A stretch of 63,432 nucleotides of DNA, filler included. It is 6 parts of 6 records of this genome, joined end to end, with 100 filler letters (N's around TTAATTAATTAA, not from the genome) between each part and the next. Parts side by side here need not be neighbours in the genome. Positions count along the whole stretch, not along the records: positions 47,095 to 55,569 come from SRR2962707_1893; positions 55,670 to 63,432 come from SRR2962707_1898; 4 more parts are not named here. The stretch is one strand, 5' to 3'. The translations under genes were made by a program, and so were the position numbers. Positions 52,081 through 60,904 of the stretch are shown one piece after another (within the stretch, counting starts at the first letter, position 1; the number at the start of each line of letters is the position of its first letter). Below the pieces are notes generated by a model. The model worked only from the letters and a program-made list of their open reading frames with translations. It was not told the origin of the DNA and did no database searches.

Positions 52081-53213
52081 TTGATGCGCATCCTTTCAGG
52101 ATTAAATGTCATCTCAATATTCTGCCATTGGCCAAATTTATCTACAGGAAGCTGGTATCCACGCGATCCACAGCGGATAATTGCCCGTCTGGCCGCCTCG
52201 TACGCCTGACCTGCGGCAGCCGGTGAGCCGCCAGAACTGCCTGTCATGGTGATACTGTTGGTCTGCGGTGTGCCATCTTGGTTCATTTGAACGCTGACGA
52301 TCACAGTTGTACGCAATGCCTCAGACGATAGCGACCCAACGTTCCAACAGGCCGAAACAGCCAAGCGCAGCGATTCCTTTTCGCCGTTCGACAGTGGCGG
52401 GCCGGAAGGCGCAGCAGCGGGTGATGCAGGCGCGGGGGGGGCTGGCTTATCTTCGCCGCCCAAAGCCTCGGCCAAGGCCGCTGCAACGGCATCTTTGTCC
52501 ACGGCGGGCTGCGCAGGTTTGGGTGTCTCAACGGCTTCAGCCACCTGCGGCGCAGGCGGTTTTGGCCGGCGCGCCGGGGGGCGGGCAGATTGATTGGGTG
52601 CCGCTTTCGGGGCCTCGGCAGCCTCGGTGACAATCTCGGTTGTTGCCTCTTCCGGTGCGGTTGCTTCTTGCGCCTCTTCCACGACTTTCTCGGCAGGTGC
52701 ATCAGGCGTTGCGGCCTCCTGCTCGACGACGTCCGGACGTGCCTCGGGGTCTGGCTGTTCAACCGCTTCGGGTGCCACACGATCAACCGGACGCGGCACG
52801 GCAACGGGTGCAACCTCGGGGGCCAGCACGGCAACCTCGGCCGGGGGTTCGGGCCGTTCCGGCGCGGTTTCGCTGACCTCAGCCGCAGGCGGCGGTGGTG
52901 TCGGCTCTACCACTTCAGGCTCAGGCTGCGATGCCTCAGGCTCTATCGGTGCTGGCTGCTGAATTTCAGGTTCAGGTTTCTGTGCGGCCTCAGGCGTCTC
53001 GGCGGGCGCTTGCGGGGCTTCGGGTTGCTCAACCTCGGTCTGCTCCTCAGACGATTGCGACGCCGCAACAATGGCATCAAACTCGGCTGCAGACAGCACC
53101 GACACTTCTTGCATCTCAAATGGTTCTGGGTTCGGCCTGAAAAGGCCGCCAAAAAGCAAAAAGGCAATCAGCCCGACATGCCCTGCACCAGAAATGTAAT
53201 GCCCCGTGTGCAT
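52077..53213 (-). CDS. tolA: TolA-like energy transducer
   Basis: N-terminal TM with SxxxH, Pro/Glu/Ala-rich linker, C-terminal CWN...AARRAIIRC...FNP. Confidence 0.85.
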   Translation of the reverse strand: MHTGHYISGAGHVGLIAFLLFGGLFRPNPEPFEMQEVSVLSAAEFDAIVAASQSSEEQTEVEQPEAPQAPAETPEAAQKPEPEIQQPAPIEPEASQPEPEVVEPTPPPPAAEVSETAPERPEPPAEVAVLAPEVAPVAVPRPVDRVAPEAVEQPDPEARPDVVEQEAATPDAPAEKVVEEAQEATAPEEATTEIVTEAAEAPKAAPNQSARPPARRPKPPAPQVAEAVETPKPAQPAVDKDAVAAALAEALGGEDKPAPPAPASPAAAPSGPPLSNGEKESLRLAVSACWNVGSLSSEALRTTVIVSVQMNQDGTPQTNSITMTGSSGGSPAAAGQAYEAARRAIIRCGSRGYQLPVDKFGQWQNIEMTFNPERMRIK

Positions 53214-53215
53214 GG

Positions 53216-53695
53216 TTAACCGCCCGACGTCCCTGTGCCGTCCAGCTTTGGGCCACCCGTTTCAGTCACCAAACCAATGTTGGAAAAACCGCCCGCGTTC
53301 AGGGCACCCATCACTTCCATGACCATGGCATAGGAAACAGCCCCATCCGCGCGCAGAAAGACCCGGTCGCTTGCCCGCTCTGTCGCAATCGCACGCAGCT
53401 TGGCAATCAGGTCATCGCGTTCTGTTGGCGTCTTTTGAATTTGCACTGATCCGTCCGCCAAAAGCGTGATGGTCAAAGGTTCCTCTTGATCCGAGGGCAA
53501 GGCCGTTGCCGCGGTTTTCGGCAGTTCAACCGGAACACCCACCGTCAACAACGGTGCCGCGACCATAAAGATGATCAACAGCACCAGCATAACGTCCACA
53601 AAGGGCGTGATGTTGATTTCGGCCATCGGGGCCGCGCGACCACGACGCCGCCCGCGCCCGCCGCCGCCCGATTTTTTTGCGATACCAGCGCCCAT
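53216..53695 (-). CDS. tolR: TolR
   Basis: EINITPFVDVMLVLLIIFMV, LRAD. Confidence 0.94.
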   Translation of the reverse strand: MGAGIAKKSGGGGRGRRRGRAAPMAEINITPFVDVMLVLLIIFMVAAPLLTVGVPVELPKTAATALPSDQEEPLTITLLADGSVQIQKTPTERDDLIAKLRAIATERASDRVFLRADGAVSYAMVMEVMGALNAGGFSNIGLVTETGGPKLDGTGTSGG

Positions 53696-53698
53696 CGG

Positions 53699-54394
53699 TC
53701 AGCTATCCAACTGACGGCTTAGAATGGTTGCGAATTCATCGGCAAATGCTTCGTAACCGCCCAAAATACGGTCTGAATCGGCACTGAGCTTGTTATAGAA
53801 AATAACCGCAGGAATAGCTGCCAGCAGGCCGATACCCGTCGCCAAAAGCGCCTCGGCGATACCGGGGGCCACAACTACAAGGCTGGTGTTCTGCTGCGAT
53901 GCGATTTCGATAAACGAATTCATGATACCGAAAACCGTACCGAACAGCCCGACAAACGGTGCCGTCGATCCGACGGTCGCCAAAACAGGCAACCCCTTTT
54001 GCAGTTTTTCGGCTTCCTTGGCGATTGCCACATCCATCGACCGATCAATGCGCGCCGTGGCACCGGGGATCAGGTCGCCATCATCACGGTGCGACCTGCG
54101 CCATTCCGTCATCCCTGCGGCAAAAATCTTTTCTGCGGCACCGTCAGGATCAGGCCCGATTGTGTCGTACAATCCATCCAAAGGCTCGCCCGACCAGAAC
54201 GCCCGATCAAAGGCATCGGCCTCGGCCCTGAACCTGCGATACTGCATGATTTTCTGAACGATGATTGACCACGACCAGAAAGATGCGACCAGCAAACTGA
54301 TCATGACTAATTTCACGGTGAATGTCGCGCGCAGGAATAACCCCAAGAGCGAGAAATCAATCTCGCTCGCCGCCGCCAGCGTTTCTGCTTCCAT
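53699..54394 (-). CDS. tolQ: TolQ
   Basis: LATVGSTAPFVGLFGTVFGIM, VAPGIAEALLATGIGL. Confidence 0.95.
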   Translation of the reverse strand: MEAETLAAASEIDFSLLGLFLRATFTVKLVMISLLVASFWSWSIIVQKIMQYRRFRAEADAFDRAFWSGEPLDGLYDTIGPDPDGAAEKIFAAGMTEWRRSHRDDGDLIPGATARIDRSMDVAIAKEAEKLQKGLPVLATVGSTAPFVGLFGTVFGIMNSFIEIASQQNTSLVVVAPGIAEALLATGIGLLAAIPAVIFYNKLSADSDRILGGYEAFADEFATILSRQLDS

Positions 54395-54526
54395 CGGTTC
54401 TGCTCTTTACTAAGGGCCCCTTTCGGGGCTGTTCTGCCTCAACGGCCCTGTTTTCCAAGGCGCTATTTGGCACAAGCTTAGCCGAGTGCAATGTCGATTG
54501 CTAGGATTATGGCGTCAATCCGCGCG

Positions 54527-54913
54527 TCACAGCGGCAGTGAGCGGAGTTTCGCTGGCAATCTGCACGGTTTCCCGCTTGCAGCGATGCAGACGATCGTGA
54601 CGGCGGCACGAAACAGCAACGTCTCGTCGCGCCATACCTCTTGGGCCATTTCCATACGCGCAGGCCCGATGGACGTCGCCCATGTGCGCACCTCAAGCAG
54701 ATCGTCGAAAACCGCAGGCGCAATATAGTCTGCCTCGACCCTGCGCACGGCAAAAACCACGCCGTCCGCTTTCATCTCAAGCTGGTCGATCCCGATCTCG
54801 CGCACCCAATCGCTGCGCCCGCGTTCAATATACCGCAGATAATTCGCGTAATATACGATCCCCGCCATATCAGTATCTTCATAGTAAACTCGAATGGGCA
54901 GAATATGGGTCAT
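54527..54913 (-). CDS. ybgC: Tol-Pal-associated acyl-CoA thioesterase
   Basis: RVYYEDTDMAGIVYYANYLRYIERGRS. Confidence 0.93.
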   Translation of the reverse strand: MTHILPIRVYYEDTDMAGIVYYANYLRYIERGRSDWVREIGIDQLEMKADGVVFAVRRVEADYIAPAVFDDLLEVRTWATSIGPARMEMAQEVWRDETLLFRAAVTIVCIAASGKPCRLPAKLRSLPL

Positions 54914-55533
54914 TGGGGTTTGTTTAACCTCGCAAAAAGGCGCAGTGCATGGGACGCATCCTGCGCAACAGATGGCAACACAGGATCATAAGCCGCCCGC
55001 AAAAGTTCGGCAACATCAGGCCGCAGGATCGTTGTGCCCTCCGCCACAGCCAAGGGCGACTGGTCTTTGAATGCCCCCTCAGACCAAAGCAAAAAGGACT
55101 GCACAATCTGGTTCAGCGCCAAGGTTTGTGCGGGGACCGCGCTTAGATGCTTGTCCATGCGCAGGAAGACAAAGCACGCCTTGATCGCGCCATCCTCGTC
55201 AAACCGGAACAAACGGTACTGGTTGGCATCCACGGCCTTCAACTTCTCGACCAAAGGCGTCAAATCCGGCACCAGCCGGTCCAGCCCTGGCACCTCGGGC
55301 AACTCGTCCCATTCTTTGAAAAAGAACATCATCAGGTTGCTGCCCAATTCCGGGTCCGTCTCGGCAATCTTGTGGCCGGACAGCACGCAAACCGCCTCTA
55401 GCGCCCCTTTGATGACCGACAACGTCGCATCATCCACCCCGAACACAACCGGGGACACAGGCCGCCCCCAACGTGCAAACGCAAAGTCGCCACTGTCGCG
55501 TGTGAACAGTTTCTCGATATCTTGTGGTGTCAT
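54910..55533 (-). CDS. Hypothetical protein translationally coupled to ybgC
   Basis: Long ORF whose stop overlaps the ybgC ATG (ATGA). No motif recognised. Confidence 0.75.
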   Translation of the reverse strand: MTPQDIEKLFTRDSGDFAFARWGRPVSPVVFGVDDATLSVIKGALEAVCVLSGHKIAETDPELGSNLMMFFFKEWDELPEVPGLDRLVPDLTPLVEKLKAVDANQYRLFRFDEDGAIKACFVFLRMDKHLSAVPAQTLALNQIVQSFLLWSEGAFKDQSPLAVAEGTTILRPDVAELLRAAYDPVLPSVAQDASHALRLFARLNKPQ

Positions 55534-55569
55534 CAGGTCTTCCAAATGGTCTAAAATCCTCGCCGAAGG

Positions 55570-55669
55570 NNNNNNNNNNNNNNNNNNNNNNNNNNNNNNN
55601 NNNNNNNNNNNNNTTAATTAATTAANNNNNNNNNNNNNNNNNNNNNNNNNNNNNNNNNNNNNNNNNNNN
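55570..55669. other. Artificial contig spacer
   Basis: N-run with TTAATTAATTAA. Confidence 0.99.
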
Positions 55670-55703
55670 GTTGGTTTATGGTTTGTCGTTTTTAGTTTTC
55701 AGT

Positions 55704-56000
55704 TTTTGATAAACTAAAAATTCAAAAAGTATCAGAATACAAAAATCTATATATCTTGTTTCTTTACTCTTGCTTCCTCCCAACTTCCAACTTTTTACTT
55801 CAGACTATTTCAATCTTTCAACCTTTGAATAAGCAGTAGGCTTTTGATAAAATGCAAATTCGAAAAAGCATAAGAACACAAAAATCTTTACTCTATACTC
55901 TTTATTCTTGTTTCCTTCGAACTTTTTACTTCCGTCTACCGACTTCAGTCTTCCGACTTAAAACTTCAAACTTCAAAACTTACCCTCAACTTTAAACTTT
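55704..56000. repeat. Imperfect ~135-bp duplication containing mixed 7-mer and 8-mer tandem arrays
   Basis: Similar units at 55704-55801 and 55842-55932. Arrays TCTTTAC/TCTATAC/TCTTTAT/TCTTGTT (55885-55912), CTTCCGT/CTACCGA/CTTCAGT/CTTCCGA (55929-55956), AAACTTC repeats. Confidence 0.75.
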
Positions 56001-56102
56001 TTCACCTAATACTCAACAGTTCCAAACAAAACACTTGGCTAATTTGTTACTTGTTAGTATCTTTCAACTTGAAAGTATTGACGAACCTTAAACATTTACA
56101 AA

Positions 56103-58049
56103 ATGTTAGAAGAAAAAGATGATAACCTGCAGCCAGAGGCAGACGGAAGTGAAAAAAATAGCGAGACGCCGCAAATTGACAATCAAGAGAGTGTTACTAC
56201 CGAAGAAACGGTAAGTGAAGTGGAAGTAACTGCTGATGCTGAAGGAGAAAATAATGATGATCCGCAGAATGAAATAGATGAGTCGAATGCGGAAGATGCG
56301 GAAGATGAAGGACACAAAGAGCGTCATGAAATTCCTATGCTAGACTATCATGCCATGAATATGGATACGTTAGTTGAGGAACTCAATATACTTATTACAA
56401 AAGAAAAAATACAGGCTATAAAAAGTCATGTTGACCAAATAAAATCGGAGTTTGATCTAAAATTTCAAGAACTCTTAGAACAGAAAAAAGAAGATTTTAT
56501 CCAAGAGGGAGGCAATGAAATTGACTTTAATTATTCTTCGCCAGTTAAGAAGCGTTTTAACGAACTATATAATGAATATAGAGATAAACGCAATCAATAT
56601 TATAAGAATCTAGAACATCGATTGGATCTAAATCTAAAAAATAGATTAGATATTATTGAGGAATTAAAGGGCTTGATTAATGTTGAAGAAAATATTAACG
56701 ACACTTATAAGCACTTTAAGGAGTTACAAGAACGATGGCGAAATGCTGGCCCGATTCCACGTGTAAATTACAATGATGTTTGGCGCACCTACCACCACCA
56801 TGTGGAGATATTTTACGATTTCTTAGATTTAAATAGAGACCTACGCGATTTAGATTTTAAACATAATTTAGAAGAAAAAGAAAAAATTATTGCTCAGGCA
56901 GAATCTCTTGCCGAGATGGGCGATGTAAACAAGGCATTTAGAGAATTACAGTTGCTTCATAAAATATGGAAAGAAGATTTAGGTCCTGTAGATAGAGAAC
57001 ATCGAGATGCTATTTGGGATCGTTTTAGCGCTGCTACCAAAGCAATACATCAAAAGCGACAAGAATATTTTAAGAATCAAGATGTAATACATGAAGCTAA
57101 TCTTTTAGTAAAACAAGATATTATTAAAAAGATTGAAGCTATTACGCAGCAAAAAGTAAATAACCACAGTAGCTGGCAAAAACTCATAAAAGAAGTAGAA
57201 GCTTTACGAGAAGAGTTTTTTAATGCTGGGAGAGTTCCTTACAAAGTAAATGAACAAACTTGGGCTGCCTTTAAAGAAGCTGTGCGTAAATTCAACAGAA
57301 ATAAAAATTCTTTTTATAAAGGACTTAAAAAAGACCAGCAAGACAATCTAGATAAAAAAATGGAATTGGTAAAATTGGCTGAATCCCTAAAAGACAGTGA
57401 TGAATGGGAAAAAACTACGCCAATAATGAAGAAAATTCAATCTGATTGGAAAAATATCGGTCATGTTCCAAGAAAATATTCTGATAAAATCTGGAATGAA
57501 TTTAAGTCTGCTTGTAACCATTATTTCGATCGACTTCATGCTAAGAAAAACGAGCATTTTAAAGATGAAATGGAAGCTTTCGAACAGAAGAAGGCATATT
57601 TAGATAATTTAAAAGAATTCCAATTATCTGGAGACAAGGAAAAAGACTTAGAGCAAGTAAAAGCTATTATTGCCGACTGGAAGGCTATCGGAAGAATCCC
57701 TCATAGCAAAAAAAGCATTGAAGGAAAATTCAACAAAATATTGGATGCATTATTCAAGAAATTAGACCTCGATAAGCAAAAGGCGGAACTTATAAAATAT
57801 GGGAACAAGCTAGATCAACTGGCAAATGCAGATAATGATACGCTAATTAATAATGAACGTGTATTTATCCGTAGAAAAATTGACGAAGTAAAATCGGAAA
57901 TACGTCAATTGGAGAATAATTTACAGTTCTTTAATGCAGATGAAAGCAATCCTATTGTAAAAGAGGTGATGAATAATATTGATAAACACCATGAAGATTT
58001 AAATTTATGGAAAGCAAAACTCAAAAAGCTTAAAAACATAAATCAATAA
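56103..58049 (+). CDS. DUF349-domain helical-repeat protein (Bacteroidota)
   Basis: Acidic N-terminus and repeated motifs LQERWRNAGPIP, WKEDLGPV, WKNIGHVP, WKAIGRIP. Confidence 0.85.
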   Translation: MLEEKDDNLQPEADGSEKNSETPQIDNQESVTTEETVSEVEVTADAEGENNDDPQNEIDESNAEDAEDEGHKERHEIPMLDYHAMNMDTLVEELNILITKEKIQAIKSHVDQIKSEFDLKFQELLEQKKEDFIQEGGNEIDFNYSSPVKKRFNELYNEYRDKRNQYYKNLEHRLDLNLKNRLDIIEELKGLINVEENINDTYKHFKELQERWRNAGPIPRVNYNDVWRTYHHHVEIFYDFLDLNRDLRDLDFKHNLEEKEKIIAQAESLAEMGDVNKAFRELQLLHKIWKEDLGPVDREHRDAIWDRFSAATKAIHQKRQEYFKNQDVIHEANLLVKQDIIKKIEAITQQKVNNHSSWQKLIKEVEALREEFFNAGRVPYKVNEQTWAAFKEAVRKFNRNKNSFYKGLKKDQQDNLDKKMELVKLAESLKDSDEWEKTTPIMKKIQSDWKNIGHVPRKYSDKIWNEFKSACNHYFDRLHAKKNEHFKDEMEAFEQKKAYLDNLKEFQLSGDKEKDLEQVKAIIADWKAIGRIPHSKKSIEGKFNKILDALFKKLDLDKQKAELIKYGNKLDQLANADNDTLINNERVFIRRKIDEVKSEIRQLENNLQFFNADESNPIVKEVMNNIDKHHEDLNLWKAKLKKLKNINQ

Positions 58050-58150
58050 TATATTCAAAGTAAGGTTGCATACTATTTTATTAAAAAAAGCAATCTAAAA
58101 AGGTGTATTCAGAAAATATCCTTATTCCATATAAGTAATTGAAATAACAA

Positions 58151-58192
58151 AAACCCCCGAAAAAGGCTGTTTAGAGCTAAAATCGGGGGTTT
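58151..58192. terminator. Hairpin between convergent DUF349 and rfbA genes, probable bidirectional terminator
   Basis: AAACCCCCGA...TCGGGGGTTT 10-bp inverted repeat with A/T flanks. Confidence 0.6.
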
Positions 58193-58256
58193 CTTATTCC
58201 ATTCGGTTATGAAAACACAGAAAATTAGTGAATTTTCAGTATACATTTTCCTCTTT

Positions 58257-59117
58257 TTATTTCAATATACTCAATAGCCTTTTTCCATAACCGCTTTTCA
58301 TTAACGGCTCAATTAAAGCTATAAATTCTTCTTTTGTAATATAACCCATTTCATAGGCAGCACCTTCTATAGCTCCAATTTTAAGTCCTTGTCGCTCTTC
58401 AATAACTTCTACAAATTGAGAAGCCTGCATTAAAGATTGAAATGTTCCTGTATCCAGCCATGCAGTCCCTCTATCCATAATACCAACCTGTAATTTTCCT
58501 CGCTCAAGATACACTTTATTAATATCGGTAATCTCTAACTCTCCTCTTTTACTTGGCTTGATATTTTTTGCTATTGTCACCACCTCATTGTCATAAAAAT
58601 AAATCCCTGGAACCGCATAATTCGATTTTGGACTTTGTGGCTTCTCCTCAATTGAAATAGCTTGCCCATTTTTATCAAACTCTACTACACCATATCGCTC
58701 TGGATCATGAACATGATATGCATAAACAATTCCGCCATCAGGATTGTTATTTTCTTGTAACAACTTATCTAATCCAGTTCCATAAAATATATTATCTCCT
58801 AAAATCAAAGCTACTTTATCATTTCCAATAAAGTCTGCTCCAATAATAAAAGCTTCTGCCAAACCATTAGGATGTTCTTGTACCGCATATTCAAAAACAC
58901 AACCATACTTTTTACCATCTCCCAGCAATTCTTTAAACAACGGTAAATCTTTTGGAGTAGAAATGATTAATACTTCTCGAATTCCTGCTCGCATTAACGT
59001 AGAAAGCGGATAATAAATCATCGGTTTATCATAAATAGGCATTAACTGCTTACTAACCGATAATGTTAATGGATGTAATCGTGTTCCTGAGCCTCCAGCG
59101 AGAATAATTCCTTTCAT
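58257..59117 (-). CDS. rfbA: Glucose-1-phosphate thymidylyltransferase
   Basis: [55 protein letters not shown]. Confidence 0.97.
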   Translation of the reverse strand: MKGIILAGGSGTRLHPLTLSVSKQLMPIYDKPMIYYPLSTLMRAGIREVLIISTPKDLPLFKELLGDGKKYGCVFEYAVQEHPNGLAEAFIIGADFIGNDKVALILGDNIFYGTGLDKLLQENNNPDGGIVYAYHVHDPERYGVVEFDKNGQAISIEEKPQSPKSNYAVPGIYFYDNEVVTIAKNIKPSKRGELEITDINKVYLERGKLQVGIMDRGTAWLDTGTFQSLMQASQFVEVIEERQGLKIGAIEGAAYEMGYITKEEFIALIEPLMKSGYGKRLLSILK

Positions 59118-59127
59118 TATTTTTATA

Positions 59128-59188
59128 TTGTTATAAAGTTATGCTGTTACAGTGTTACATTTTTTTATTATCATGTTACGGAGTTATG
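59128..59188. repeat. Octamer tandem array (NNGTTAYR) downstream of the four-helix-bundle gene
   Basis: TTGTTATA AAGTTATG CTGTTACA GTGTTACA ... ATGTTACG GAGTTATG. Confidence 0.85.
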
Positions 59189-59537
59189 TTACTATACTTT
59201 TTATAAGTTTTGATAACATTCTTCGAATGTATATAACTTGATTGTTTAAACTTGTTATATCTTCAATGTATTTCAATCTATTTGAGATTTCTATTTGAGT
59301 CTCTAATTCTGACAATGATCCCATCGCAATATGTAAAAAACGCTGAAACTCTTTACCTCCTTTTCTTCCTGCGCCTTCTGATATATTTGAAGGTATTGAA
59401 ATTGCCGCCCTCCTCATCTGACTCGTTAATCCATATTGCTCTCCATTCGGAAAAGTTGTCGTTACACGATAAATATGTTCAACTAAATCCATAGATTCTT
59501 GCCAAACTTTTAAATCTTGATGCGAATTAATTTTCAT
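59184..59537 (-). CDS. Four-helix-bundle protein (23S rRNA IVP/TIGR02436 family, Avd-like fold)
   Basis: HQDLKVWQESMDL, FPNGEQYGLTSQMRRAAISIPSNISEGAGR, FLHIAMGSLSELETQ. Confidence 0.93.
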   Translation of the reverse strand: MKINSHQDLKVWQESMDLVEHIYRVTTTFPNGEQYGLTSQMRRAAISIPSNISEGAGRKGGKEFQRFLHIAMGSLSELETQIEISNRLKYIEDITSLNNQVIYIRRMLSKLIKSIVT

Positions 59538-59542
59538 TATCA

Positions 59543-59732
59543 CTGTTATTATATGGTTGTTCTGTTACATGGCTATTTTGTTATGTAGTTATGATGTTAC
59601 CTAGTTACACTACTATCAAATCAAGTTGTGCTGTTCACTGCTACAAATAATCACAATGTAATAATTATAGTCCTAAAAACTTCATAACTACATAACAGCG
59701 TGACTTCGTAACCATCTAGAGCTACATAGCTA
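59543..59732. repeat. Two oppositely oriented octamer arrays forming a long imperfect inverted repeat upstream of the four-helix-bundle gene
   Basis: NNGTTAYN array at 59554-59609 and NRTAACNN array at 59683-59732. Perfect 16-bp inverted repeat: 59579-59594 with 59682-59697. Confidence 0.85.
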
Positions 59733-60824
59733 ACACCCATATTGCTTATCATAATACCTCTGATATTCTCCAGAGGTTACTTGCGCCAACCAGTCACTAT
59801 TATTTAAATACCAATCGATAGTTTTTGCTAATCCTTCTTCAAAAGTAACCGAAGGCTCCCACCCCAGTTCTTTGTTAACTTTAGAAGCATCAATAGCATA
59901 ACGTAAGTCATGCCCTGGTCGGTCTTTTACATAGGTAATCAATGCTTCCGATTCGCCTTCCCTTCTGCCTAACTTTTCATCCATCAATTTACATAGCAAT
60001 TTAACCAAATCGATGTTTTTCCATTCGTTAAAACCTCCAATATTATAAGTCTCCTGATTTCCTCCTTCATGAAAAGCTAAATCAATAGCCCTTGCATGAT
60101 CTATTACATACAACCAATCGCGCGTATAATTTCCATCTCCATAAACTGGTAATGGTTTTTTCTGAATGATATTATTGATAAATAATGGAATTAATTTCTC
60201 CGGAAAGTGATTAGGCCCATAATTATTAGAACAATTACTTATAACATACGGCAAACCATAAGTTTCTCCATAAGCTCTTACAAAATGATCTGAGCTTGCT
60301 TTTGAAGCGGAATAGGGCGAGTTTGGATCGTATGAAGTGGTTTCGGTAAACAGCCCATCTTCTCCTAAAGACCCATAAACCTCATCGGTACTTACATGAT
60401 AAAAACGAGCCTCCTCCCAGCCTCCCCCATTGGGGTGAGGAGTGTGTGACCAAAGTTTTTTTGCCGCATTTAACAAATTCATTGTCCCGATAACATTTGT
60501 CTTCACAAAAGCCAACGGATCTTCAATAGAACGGTCTACGTGACTTTCTGCCGCCAGGTGTATTACTCCATCGAATTTATATTGCTGAAATAACTGATTT
60601 ATAAACGACTCATCTGTAATGTCTCCTTTTACAAAAGTATAATTAGAAGCATTCTCTATGTCCTTCAGGTTCTCTAAATTCCCTGCATAGGTTAAAGCAT
60701 CCAAATTAATGATTTGATAGAATGGGTATTTATTTACAAACAACCGAACCACATGAGAGCCTATAAATCCTGCTCCTCCAGTTATTAAGATTTTTTTATT
60801 TTTATTATCAGAACTATTATTCAT
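59730..60824 (-). CDS. rfbB: dTDP-glucose 4,6-dehydratase
   Basis: ILITGGAGFIGS, LDALTYAGN, HLAAESHVDRSI, STDEVYG, PYSASKA, DRPGHDLRYA. Confidence 0.97.
   Translation of the reverse strand: MNNSSDNKNKKILITGGAGFIGSHVVRLFVNKYPFYQIINLDALTYAGNLENLKDIENASNYTFVKGDITDESFINQLFQQYKFDGVIHLAAESHVDRSIEDPLAFVKTNVIGTMNLLNAAKKLWSHTPHPNGGGWEEARFYHVSTDEVYGSLGEDGLFTETTSYDPNSPYSASKASSDHFVRAYGETYGLPYVISNCSNNYGPNHFPEKLIPLFINNIIQKKPLPVYGDGNYTRDWLYVIDHARAIDLAFHEGGNQETYNIGGFNEWKNIDLVKLLCKLMDEKLGRREGESEALITYVKDRPGHDLRYAIDASKVNKELGWEPSVTFEEGLAKTIDWYLNNSDWLAQVTSGEYQRYYDKQYGC
60408..60443. repeat. GC-rich REP-like palindromic element lying in frame inside rfbB
   Basis: AGCCTCCTCCCAGCCTCCCCCATTGGGGTGAGGAGT with hairpin CCTCCCCC-ATT-GGGGTGAGG in an otherwise AT-rich gene. 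It falls within the peptide HTPHPNGGGWEEA. Confidence 0.6.
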
Positions 60825-60904
60825 TTTAACCTTGGTTTTCTTGACCTATGAAAAAAAGATTTAAGGCGATTCCCAATATTTTTTTCACTCCTATCACAAA
60901 GGTA

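Noticed and set aside
47095-54913. tol-pal-tilS-ftsH region as a novelty, including the repetitive TolA linker
   Set aside because: This is the standard alphaproteobacterial gene order, and the low-complexity TolA linker is expected.
18731-55669. Five identical TTAATTAATTAA motifs within N-runs as a biological repeat, and gene associations across them
   Set aside because: They are artificial six-frame-stop spacers. Composition and taxonomy change at each one, so no cross-contig operon or bacteria-to-eukaryote transfer can be inferred.
55704-56000. CRISPR array
   Set aside because: There are no conserved 25-45 bp repeats with unique spacers and no cas genes; only short-period degenerate repeats.
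59184-59537. Diversity-generating retroelement or 23S rRNA intervening sequence
   Set aside because: The fold is Avd/IVP-like, but there is no reverse transcriptase, no template/variable repeat pair and no rRNA sequence on the contig.
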